Shown piece after piece: positions 13,320-24,101 of a stretch of DNA of 64,000 nucleotides. The DNA is from Selaginella moellendorffii (taxonomy: Eukaryota > Plantae > Lycopodiophyta). The stretch is taken from assembly GCF_000143415.4 (NCBI RefSeq), contig NW_003314455.1:13677-77676 (forward strand), in the 5' to 3' direction. The position numbers were made by a program, and so were the translations under genes. The notes under the pieces were generated by a model. It did not search any database. It was not told the origin of the DNA and saw nothing but the letters and a program-made list of their open reading frames with translations. Position 1 is the stretch's first letter. Every line of letters begins with the position of its first letter.

Positions 13320-13699
13320 AAGCGAAGGCTTCCAAGAATTTGGAAGACGAAAAACGGGAGGCATTGTAAGACACTAATTTTTTTTCTTCGGACGGGAATG
13401 TACGTATAGTCTTCGAATATGATTCTTTTTATTCGCTGGAGATGCTCAATCACGCATATGCCAATTCTTTTAACCGCCATGGTTTTGTGTGGTTTGTGGT
13501 CTGAGATTCCAAAAGAAAGGATGGTGCATATCCACATCTCTAGGCAACATACAAGGGACCACCACCACCACCAAAATATTTCCAAACGAATGGTTTGGAT
13601 GGCCGATTAAATCCTGGCCCTGGACTGACATACCAATGTGGAGTGTCTCTCGCTCGCATCACACATTTTTCCTTTGCTTTTTCCATACGTTTGAACGAG

Positions 13700-13955
13700 G
13701 GACCACGTGTCGCCGAGGAAATATCCACGCAAAAGATCTTGGGCCGCCGTACGGAATGGTCAGGCCGTACTGGCGAGATTTGTTGACCACATTTTTTGCG
13801 ATCCCGGTCCACGTCGGCGAGAAGTACGTGCCACGCGGCGCGATCAGGCCTTGGAAATCGAGTGGCTGCGAGCGCCCGGCAGAAATATCTGGCGGCGATT
13901 GGTCCGCCCGTGACACGTCGGAATTCCACGTGGCGGCTCCCTCGTGGCTATATAG
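13700..13955 (+). promoter_or_regulatory. G-box/ACGT cluster, evening-element-like AAATATCT and TATA box upstream of the B-box gene
   Basis: CCACGTGT 13703, further ACGT cores at ~13811, ~13826 and ~13915, CCACGTGG 13926, AAATATCT 13883, TATATA ~13949. Confidence 0.6.
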
Positions 13956-14102
13956 CTCCTCACGCAGTTGAATCGAACGAGGGAGCAAAAGGAAGAACAG
14001 AGGGAATTTGGCGGTCTTGGTGTCGCGCAACGTGCTGTTAGATCGATCACGGGCTTGTGGATGAGTGTTGGAGCAAGGCGCTGGTGATCTTGCGGGGATT
14101 CT

Positions 14103-14957
14103 ATGGAGAAATCCAGGGATTGTGAGCTCTGCCAGGTGAGGGCGGCGGTGTATTGCTGCGCCGATGAAGCGTACCTGTGCTGGAAGTGTGATTCTAAGGT
14201 TCACGGGGCGAATTTCATCGTCGCCAGGCACTTGAGGTCGATTCTTTGCGGTCGATGCCATTCTCCCACGGCTGTTCTTGCGGAATCGTCGCCGCCGGGC
14301 CCTTGTTCTTCTCCTCTGTGCCCTACTTGCGCTTGTCCAGCGTCCCTGGGCGATATTTCGGAGGATTCCATTCACAGCCAGCATTCTTCCACCATGGATC
14401 ATGATCCAGCCGCGGAAGAGGAGGTTTCGTCCGCGGCGCCGAAGAGGGCTCGATCGAGCGAGCTAAGAACCAGATCTAGATCGCCGTCGCCGGATTCCGT
14501 GATTCCTGTTAGTAGGAAGCGCAAGAATGCGGCAATCGACGCGGCAGTGATCCCCACGCAGCAGCTGGTAAGGTCGATCAGGCCTTTGGAAATATTTTCA
14601 GGGATCTAAATCTCGGCATTTCTCTTGTAGGTAACGCTGGGGAGATTGGAGTGTGTTCTTCGGAACTGGGAGGGTGCTCTGGGGCTAGAGCGCTCGGATC
14701 ACAGGGTTTCGCTGGCAATGCAGCTATTGCGGAGGATTGCGGTGTCGATCAAGGTGAATCGGCTGCCAAAGCTGGATGCCCGCGCCGCGCTTGCCGTGTG
14801 CCTGTGGATCTCCCTCAAGCTCGAGCGTGATCGATTGTCGCGATCGATTCCTAGGGTTGATCTATTTGGGCGGTGCACGGGCATCGCTGCTGACGTCTTG
14901 CTCACTGTGGAGGCCAGGCTTTGCGACGAGCTCTCCACGCCAAGGGTTTTCTTTTAA
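14103..14957 (+). CDS. Single B-box zinc finger protein (BBX32-like), 2 exons (intron ~14567-14630)
   Basis: CELCQVRAAVYCCADEAYLCWKCDSKVHGANFIVARHLR; second exon ECVLRNWEGALGL. Confidence 0.85.
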
Positions 14958-14971
14958 GAGAAAAAGATTTG

Positions 14972-15011
14972 GTGACGTGTCAAGTTGTGATGGACGTGTC
15001 CATGACGTGGC
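14972..15011 (+). promoter_or_regulatory. Three ABRE/ACGT elements in the 186-nt gap before PFK
   Basis: TGACGTGTC, GGACGTGTC and TGACGTGGC within 40 nt. Confidence 0.5.
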
Positions 15012-15143
15012 TTGTGTACCAGTAGGGCATCGTGACCGTCGGATGACGGGGCGTTAGGGCATGCGTAGTAAAGCGTGTTTATCCAACGGTCACGTCCTGC
15101 GAGGGAAAAAAATTAGGGCTTTTTCAAATGTGGGCAACATGGT

Positions 15144-17925
15144 ATGATCCTCAGGAGAGGCTTTCGGGGAGGAGGTTGTCCGTGTTGGTGCCCTAGCGGC
15201 GGCGGCGGCGGCGTGAAAGAAGGCGCAGATCCAGGTAGCGGGGGATCTGGTGGCAGCAGTAGTGAGAATACCGTGACCGCTAGGGTTTTGCCGAGCGCGC
15301 CAGCATCCGGCTTAGCACGCATTCTATCCAGGTCTTTGAGCCGCAAAGAGCGCGAGGATAAAGAGGCTGCTGCTCGCGAGGAGCAGCGCATCCAAGGGAT
15401 CATCATGGCGGCTATGGTGTCAGATAGCAAGACGCCCAAGGATGTTCGCTACGATCCGCATGCACCGGGCGATAATCCCTTTGAATTGCCGCATCTCGCC
15501 GATTTTCTTCCTCTCCCTCCGGTGGAATCAACTTACAGAGCCAAGAGCGGGTACGCCAGGAAACAAAAGAGCTAGTGCTAAACTTCTCTCTTCGTGTTTG
15601 TAAGGCCGTTTCCTCAAGAAGGGGCTGTTCCGTCGAAAGCCACTCCGGATAGTCAGGATATGCGTCGTCTGTTTGTTCATGACGACGATAGAGTTCTTCT
15701 CAAGGTAAAGGTCTTTGAAAGAACAGCAACTTAAACGTACCATGGCAAAACGCAGACTTTCAGTAGCTTCAAAGTGCTTAACCCGGTAAACTACGCCAAC
15801 AACAGGTGGTACACTATGGTCATCCAACTTCTGCCGGTATCGAATACGGGCCCAAGGGCGAATGGGAGTTCAAGCCTCTGTGGTAAGTTCCTTGTTTCGA
15901 CAAAGTGAGGTTGTTTGTGTCTGTTGTATGAGGCGTTGTCTTGTGCTGGTTATCAGGTACCTTGTCAAATATCATCACTTTTGTTTAGTATGAAGTGACG
16001 AGGATGTCTCTTGAGCTGCAGGGCTCATCGTGCAGGCCCGCGCGCGTGGATTTACTTTCACCCAATGACAGTATGTACGAGTTCTCGAGTATCGTCATAT
16101 GCAAAAATGTACCTTTCTTTTTCTCTTTTCAGGTGCGAGCGGCTATTGTGACTTGCGGTGGTCTTTGCCCGGGGCTTAACGATGTGATTCGGCAGGTACG
16201 CATGCTTTTGCATAAACAAGTTTCTGCTGTTTTCTAATGTTTTTTCTGGTGCGGTGCTTTTCAGGTTGTCTATACGCTCGAAACTTACGGCGTCACAGAC
16301 ATCTTGGGCATTCAGTATGGTTTTCGTGGGTTCCTTGATAAGACGTTGCCACCTATCATTGTAAGTATGGTAACATTGCTCGTTGCTGTACTTATCGCGT
16401 TTGTGTTTTTATGCAGCTGAATCGTAAGGTTGTTCAAGGCATACACATGCGCGGAGGAAGTTTTCTTGGCGTTTCGCGTGGGCACCCAAACGTTGAAGAG
16501 CTTGTTGACAAACTAGAGGTAACTGAATGTGCCTTGTAAGCTTTAGCAAGTGAAGTATTGAAGCTGTTTTGATGCAGGAGTGGGGCATCAATATGCTGTA
16601 TGTCATCGGTGGAAATGGCTCTCATGCTGGAGCTAGCGCTATCTACGAAATTGTAAGCTTGAGGAGTGAGTGAACGTGTCCGATTGCTGACACGTCCCTG
16701 CGTGCAGTGTTACAAACGGAAATTGAAGATTGTCGTTGTTGGCATTCCAAAAACCATTGACAATGACATTCTTTTGATTGATAAAACGTTCGGTTTTGAC
16801 ACTGCTGTGGAGGAAGCACAAAGAGCAATAAACGCTGCCTACGTTGAGGTATGTCGGAGGCACGCACTCAGTTTCCGCTTGTTTATACCTTGTCTCCAAA
16901 TACATTTTGTTGCAGGCCAGTAGCGCTCTCAATGGTGTTGGTATTGTTAAGCTCATGGGCAGGCAGAGTGGATTTATTGCCATGTATGCAACACTTGCCA
17001 GCGGCCAAGTAGACCTTGTCCTGATTCCGGAGGTGAGGTTTATGGATTGGTGACCCGGCTACAACATTTTTACTGCTTGTGAACAGGTGCCTTTTGAAAT
17101 GGACGGAAAGAATGGTGTTCTAGCGTTCATGAAGAAAAGGCTTGACAAGAATGGTAACTGCGTAGTAGTCATTGCCGAAGGTGCTGCTCAGGTACTGTTT
17201 CCTTTATTTACTTTTCTCCTTCCGTTTAAACACTTTCTGGTTCTTACAGAATTATCTCGAAGGCACTGGAGGCACTGATGCATCTGGCAATCCGATCCTA
17301 GGAGACGCTGGAAAGTGGCTGTACAATCTCGTGAGTAACTTTGGTTGTCGAACTTCACATTATCTGACTTAGGAGTGTCAATCTACAGGTTAAATCCCAC
17401 TTCAAGGAGTTGAACATCCCTGTCGATGTGAAATACATCGACCCAACGTACATGATCCGAGCAAGAGCTTGCAACTCGTCGGACCACATCTACTGCAGCG
17501 TCCTTGGACAGAATGCGGTATGCACATAGTATACACAGCTCATTCTCGTGTCCGAAAAGCTCAATTCATTTCTTGCGTTTTTCCAGGTTCATGGTGCCTT
17601 CGCTGGCTACACAAACTTTAGCATTGGACTGGTGAACACGCATTACGTGCTGCTGCCGATTCCAGAGATCATCAAGACTGCTCGAGCTGTGGATCCAAAC
17701 AGCAACATGTGGCACAGATGCTTGGGATCGACGGGCCAGCCAGACTTCGCTCCGGGGCCTCCAGAAATCAAGCCGAGCAGCTATCCTCTGAGCCAGAAGA
17801 GGGCCAGCAACTTGATGCAGATGAACGCCATGGCTCAGCCATCCGGACCGGCTTCCAAGCAGCCAGTGAAGACACAGGGGCCTTCCAAAGCAGCGCAGGG
17901 CGCCAAGGCAGCTCAAAAACGATAG
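15144..17925 (+). CDS. PFK: ATP-dependent 6-phosphofructokinase (PFK5-like), multi-exon
   Basis: [74 protein letters not shown]. Confidence 0.95.
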
Positions 17926-18189
17926 GAAGATCATCATCTCTTCCAAGTTTTTCTTTCCGAAAGTTTCATCGCTACTCGTGTTCTAAGGTCTCACTTGCAA
18001 AGGAGTTTTTTTGTAGCAATCGTTGTGTTGGTGGATTCATGTGAAAACTTTCATCCAAAATCGTAGTAGTACTTTGATGTTGTAGAAAGAGTTCCTTAAG
18101 GAAGAACAAAAGCAAGAAAAACTTCTAGTAGAGGTACCTCGTAGCAGAAAGAAGATGGAAAAATCTCTTCTTCCTTCTTCCTTGATCTC

Positions 18190-18624
18190 TCAACGGTAGG
18201 ACTTCTGGAAGCGAGCGCGAGCTCCGCGGCCTCCAAACTTCTTAGGCTCGCAGCGCCGGGGATCAGCCACCAGGAGCGTCCTGTCGTAGCTCACCAATCG
18301 ATCCTTGATCTCCTTCTTGGCGTGCTCGTCCACGAACTTCTGAGTGAAGGCCACCAGCGCCTTGGCGATGCTCTGCCGGATGGCGTAAATCTGGGAGGTG
18401 TGGCCTCCGCCGCGCACGCGGATCCTCATGTCCACCCCCGCGAAGCGCTCGCGGCCGAGGAGGAGGATCGGCTCCACCGCCTTGAATCGCAGGATCTCGG
18501 GCTCCACAAGCTCGATCGGGCAGCCATTGATCTTGATCAGCCCGCGCCCCTTCTTGCAGTATGTCACCGCCACTGCTGTCTTCTTCCTGCCAAAACACTG
18601 CACGGATTGAATAGCCGCCGCCAT
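18190..18624 (-). CDS. RPS16: 40S ribosomal protein S16 (uS9), intronless CDS
   Basis: [44 protein letters not shown]. Confidence 0.98.
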   Translation of the reverse strand: MAAAIQSVQCFGRKKTAVAVTYCKKGRGLIKINGCPIELVEPEILRFKAVEPILLLGRERFAGVDMRIRVRGGGHTSQIYAIRQSIAKALVAFTQKFVDEHAKKEIKDRLVSYDRTLLVADPRRCEPKKFGGRGARARFQKSYR

Positions 18625-18770
18625 CTCACCTCCGCGCGCCGCCGCCCGAAGAACCCTAGCCGAGAGCAAGGATTAGGGTTCTGGGCTTTGGGAGAGGCTC
18701 GAATCCTGGGAAGTTAAAAATCTTGAAATTAGGGCTCTTGCTCTTACATTGAAAAAACAAAATATTCCTT

Positions 18771-19086
18771 TTAATATTCGTGCGGCGGCTTCTGTGTAGG
18801 AAGGATTCCAAATCGCTTCTTGAGCATCACGCGCTGCTTGGAGAATTTATCGTCCGGGGAGAATCGCGCTGGATGATGGACAAATCCCAAATCGAAATCA
18901 ATCGCAGGAACAAAAGAGGGCTTTTTTCTCTACCTGGATGCGAGGATTCAGTGGGCGATCCATCGGGCGCCTCTTTCTGCCAAAAAAACCCATGAAATTC
19001 CATCTCGCAGAGCTATGGCGCGCCAAGCTCACCTTGATCGTGTACACCTTCTGGCCCTCCTCGTTGACATAGCACATGAGATACAT
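18771..19086 (-). CDS. NOP10: H/ACA RNP subunit Nop10, 3 exons
   Basis: Spliced read [18 protein letters not shown] / [14 protein letters not shown] / [32 protein letters not shown]. Confidence 0.93.
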
Positions 19087-19758
19087 GATCGATCGATCGA
19101 GCGCCCGCTAAACGCCTAAACTGCCCAAGAACCCTAAAACGCGGAGGGAAAAAAAATTAAGCCTGGATTGTGGGAAGGAATCCAATCCAATTCCATTCCA
19201 TCCACGTCGGATCCTTGGAAACTGCGATGCATGGGCAATGGCGATGGGAGCATCCCATCCCATGCCCATCCCCATCCATCCATTCATTCGTTCCATTCAA
19301 CTTCCTTTATTGACATTCATAGCCTATGGCATGGGGGTGTTATGTGCCATGTGTGTGTGTGTGGGATCTATCTGCGAATGAGAACGGAATCCCTGGGCCT
19401 TTGCTTGTAGGGTTAGGGCAGGCTAGGGTGCGCAATCGCGCTTGGATCTAGCCGCCTCCTCGCCGATTCCCTCCACCGCGTGAGCGAGCGAGTGAATCCC
19501 CCGCCGCGAGCACAGATTTCGGGCGAAATATCGGGTCGCGCGGTAGCGGCAGCGGCGGCGGCAGTGGCGGCGGCGGCGATTGATGGTTGAATCGCGAGTT
19601 TGGCTCCTCCCGGGGCGGATTGGCGCGGCTATGGTATCGATGCTCTAGCCGGGCAGCTCGATGTGGTGGTGTTAGGGTTAGGGTTTGAGGGGTTTAGGGA
19701 TTGGCTATGGTTGCTTTGGTGCTGGCAGCCAGGAATATATTTTTTGGCTCCACGAAAG

Positions 19759-22700
19759 ATGTCCAAGGCGCTTATTGGGAGAGGCAAGCCTCCCTCTCTT
19801 CTACTCGCGGTGCAGTGTGGGAAGAAGAAGAAGAACGAGCTCTCCAGCCCGGAGAATAATGGAAACTTTGATGATCGGCCAGTGGACCTTGCGTCGGGAG
19901 GAAATTTGGAGGTATGGTTTTCTCTTAAGTTGGTGTGTGTGAGTTTGCTGATAAGTTGTTTCCTTGTGCTGAAGATTCATTTCATGGATTGTCCCTCGTA
20001 CAATGAGGTGAAGCAAAAGCTGAAAGCCACGCGACCAGAGTTTTTGCTGCTCCTGGGAGAGAGAGGCTCCGGCCGGAATGAAGTCGGGTCGCTCTGCCTC
20101 GGGGAGAAGATCGTCACGGGGGAGACTCTGAAATCCATGATCGGTTCGAAACTTCCAGAATTCGTAAGGACTTTCCGCATGCCCGTTTCCTACACGCTGT
20201 TGACGTTCGCTTTTGCGCTGCAGGTCTACATTGAGTCGTCAAATAGTGGAAAAGTTGCCGACAGCATCCATACACTCGTACGTCTGCCACGAGTTTTTTT
20301 TTTTCTTTCTTTCTTTTCTTTTGTTTTTCTAACTAATGGAAGTGTTTCCTCTTTCCAGGGAGTGAGGCATGTTGCACATTGGGATGGCTCTGTGACTTCT
20401 CTAGCTGCTGCTCACTTTCGGCAATCGCTTGTAGCGTGCTTGAGGACGTAAGTTTTTGCTTGGAAGCTCTGCAAAGCTTCGTTTACGTGTTTTTGTTTCA
20501 GGCCTGGGTGTGATCCTTGGGATGCATTTGAGCTGGCGAATGCATCATTGGAGATACATTATGGGCAAACTAGTGGCAGCCAGCCGATGCTCTTAGGAGA
20601 AGGTCCACCGGTTCTTGACGATCCTCTTAAAGACATGGAGGATGATCCTCCTCTTATTCAAATTTATGACGAAGAGACGGAAATTCGCCTTCTTGTCTGT
20701 GCTGAAGCTTGTGCGTCGGTACACATCTCACCTTTTATCTTTGATCGAAGTTTAACAAGCGCTTACTCTTTGTTTACCTGTTTACTAGGATTCAAGCTCT
20801 TTACAAGCCGTTGAGGTCGCTTTGACGTCACTTTTCGCAATAGAGGTACGTGCTTCGCGTAGGTTCTGTTTTACCGATTTATCTTTTACAACTTCAGGTT
20901 AGAGGCATGCGTCTTATACATCGAATCAGGTGAGTCGTTTTGGATACGCCTCGTTTCGTTTCTGACCATCTGAATTGCGTGCGCAGTGCCCCTCCGCCAC
21001 CCTCTGCAGCATCAACGTTTGCTCGTGGAGTTGTAACTATGCGTTGTGACCTTTGTACTTCTAGCAGCGCCCGCATATCTCTTGTGGTGTCTGGCAGCGC
21101 GCAAACTTGTTTTGCCGATCATGTAAGTCTGGTGTTGAGCGAATGATGATTCTAACTATTTCATGTACAGTTTTTAGAATCTACTATTAGGAAAGGGCTT
21201 ATGGAGAAAAGCCAGGCTCTTCAACTTATTATGTCCGAAGATAATATGCCTGCTGAAATAAGGCGTTCCACTTCTATAGCGTGCGGGGCTGCTGTTGTCG
21301 AGACCCGTGCTAAAGTTCCAAACTGGGCTGCTCAGGTGCGCCGTGTTTTATTTCTGCTGGCTCTGAAATACGTTTATCGTGGTGTTGCAGACTTTGAGGC
21401 AGCTATCAACTGACACATCGTACAAGACCTTAGTTGCTCTTGGCATTGCCGGTATTGAAGGGTCTCCTGTCGCTGCATTCCAACAGGAAGACGCAGAGAG
21501 GCTGGGCCTTTTAAGAAACGAGCCGCCGAAGGCACTGGGTTCTCCTCGTTGTAATGGTTTCAGTGAGGCGCCCATCATTCCTGCATGGCTCACTCCAGCA
21601 GCCCCGACGAGAAAGAGACAGAACCTGTGCCTCTCGAGCATCAACTTCAATGGTGACGCGCCTTTAAATGGCGACAGCAAATCAGTGTTCCTCGCTGCGA
21701 TGAAGCCGATACCACATGCAACTCGGCGGAAGTTGATGCCTTTTGCGGGCGTGGTTTCGGCTGGGGCTCAGGCTGGCTGGTCCATGAAGCTGAATGGAAA
21801 TACTAAAAGCACCAGACCCGAGGGAACGTCTGCGCCGTCAGGCCATGGAAGAGGAGGGCATACGTTTCCGATTGTTCTTCCCAGCGTCAAGAAACATCAC
21901 TGCAGCCGCCCGTCAATGTTGGAGTGTCCAGAGGTGAAGTCTGCTTTGCTCTTGATACGCCTGGTTTCAGTAACTAATGTGGTCTTTACAGGAGGAATTT
22001 CTTAACGACGTTGTCCAGTTTTTGGTTTCCAGAGGACACGGTCGACTCATTCCTCCAACTGGTATCGAGGCCTTTCCGGATGTTGTGTTGAACGGCAAGA
22101 GGCTCGATCTCTATAACCTGTACCGGGAGGTAAGTTTCGCGTGTTACTTTTCTTTTGTGCGGAGCCCCTGTTGGCCCACCTTTCGATGTTTCAGGTCGTC
22201 TCCAGAGGAGGCTTTCGGGTTGGGAATGGCATCAACTGGAAAGGTCAAATATTTTCGAAGATGCGTAACCACACAACAACAAACAGAATGACTGTATGTG
22301 GCATTCTTTTCCCGCAAAGTTGACTTCGGGGCTAAATGTGTCGTTTTTTTCTGTGGCAGGGCGTCGGCAATACACTAAAGAAGCACTACGAAACATATCT
22401 TTTGGAGTACGAGCTTGCGCACGACGATGTGGATGGCGAGTGCTGCATCTTGTGTCACAGGTGAGCGGAGCACGACTTTACTTTCTTTCTCTGTGGAAAT
22501 CCCATTTGCACTGACGCGCTGGTTGTACAAAAACACTTACAGCAGCGCAGAGGGCGACTGGGTGAACTGCGGCATCTGTGGCGAGTGGGCTCACTTCGGG
22601 TGCGATAGAAGGACGGGCCTGGCAACATTCAAGGTATGGACGGTGGCGGTCCAGCGTGGTTTTGCTCACATTCCAACTTTCTTTGCTTTAGGAGTATGCG

Positions 22701-22829
22701 AAGACGGACGGGCTCGAGTACATATGTCCTCGCTGCAGCGTTGGCTCTGCCAGAGGCGTGACGTCGAGGAAGAAGCAAAGGCCTTCTTCCGGGGACGGTC
22801 TCGTCATCTTCAAAGGCAGGAAGAATTGA
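19759..22829 (+). CDS. ARID + PHD protein (ARID4-like), many exons; start codon approximate
   Basis: RGVVTMRCDL..VSGSAQTCF, LNGKRLDLYNLYREVVSRGGF..GINWKGQIFSKMRNHT, DWVNCGICGEWAHFGCDRR, YICPRC. Confidence 0.9.
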
Positions 22830-23372
22830 TTGGAAGACTCCCAAGGAGGAGCAAAGGAGCCAAGGAGGAGGAGGAGGTGTTTGTATATTCCAAGAGTTTT
22901 TGTGGGGGCAGAGGTCTGTTGCTTTGTACATTGTATAGGAGAAGGAGAAAAACGCACCAAAGAAAAACCAAAAAAAAAACAAAAAAACAGATGGATTGAT
23001 TTCTCTCTTCTCTCATCACATGGTAAATGTGATGATAAGGAGCGAGCTAAAAGGAAGCAAAAGATATAGAGAATCAAAGATTGTTTTGTTTAATACCCCA
23101 AGTCTTCCATTGTTGTTGTCCAGGGGAGGGGCTAAAGTGCCCACCACCAACAATAAAGAATATACAAGGATAGAAACAACTGGAAAGCCACTGTGCAAAG
23201 CATCCCACTCTTTTCATGTGAACTCTCTGCTCTCTCCCTCTCTCTCCCCGGTCTGTTTTTTTTCATATAAGAGTTCTACGTAGGGAGTTTAAAGTCGTCT
23301 CTCTTTTCTTCTCTCTTCCTTGTCTCGTTTGCCTGGAAGAGTTCCGTTTGGCGGCCAGCGCTCGTGACAACC

Positions 23373-24073
23373 ATGAGTAGCAGCTCACCAAAGAGAATGT
23401 CCGCCGAAAGCCAGGTATGGAGAAACTTCTCCTTTTCGAAAAGGTTCTAGTTTGTCCTTGTGCTTGGATCCGGAAGAAAGAGTACCTGGCCGCCGCAATT
23501 GACTACATACAGCACCTGGAGCGGAGCGTGCAGTGCCTCCGGGACGAAGTTTGCAAGGCGCAAGAGCAAACCGACGAGGATCTCAACGACGATGCCTCGT
23601 CGCTCACCACCAGCTGCGTCTCCGGCCTGGAATCCAGCGACAATATCAATAGCATCGTCTTGCAAGTAAGCGGAGGAGCACTGAAAAACTTCTCTTCCTT
23701 TCCCTTTCCCCTTCCTGTGTTCTTGGATCATGATATTCATTCTTTTGTGTCGACGTAAAGTTGGAGGTGTCCCGGGACGACAGCAGCAGCATGTATGCCT
23801 TCCACATCGTCTGTAAAAGCGAGCAGCAAGCTCTAGAGAGATTGGTGAGAGCGTTCGAGGAGCTGGACGTGGAGGTCCAGCAGGCCAACATCACGACGCG
23901 AAACGAGCAAATAAGCAGCTATTACCTCGTCAAGGTACTGAAAACTGGCCCGTCCGTACCTACGTGTATTTTGTTCTTCCTGCTCTCAGGCCCCGCGATG
24001 GAGCCGCCTCAGCTTAGACGATGTAAAGGAGGAGTTTCTCAGCACGATGTCCAGGATTGGTGTGCCACTGTGA
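23373..24073 (+). CDS. Small bHLH-derived protein (helix 2 only) + ACT-like domain, 4 exons
   Basis: YLAAAIDYIQHLERSVQCL (bHLH helix 2), FHIVCKSEQQALERLVRAFEELDVEVQQANIT (ACT-like); canonical splice sites. Confidence 0.7.
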
Positions 24074-24101
24074 CATATGAACTTCTTTGGTGGCTGGCAT
24101 G

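Noticed and set aside
19175-19300. CCAT/TCCA-rich low-complexity tract between NOP10 and ARID
   Set aside because: Degenerate simple repeat; no evidence for an snoRNA or other structured RNA
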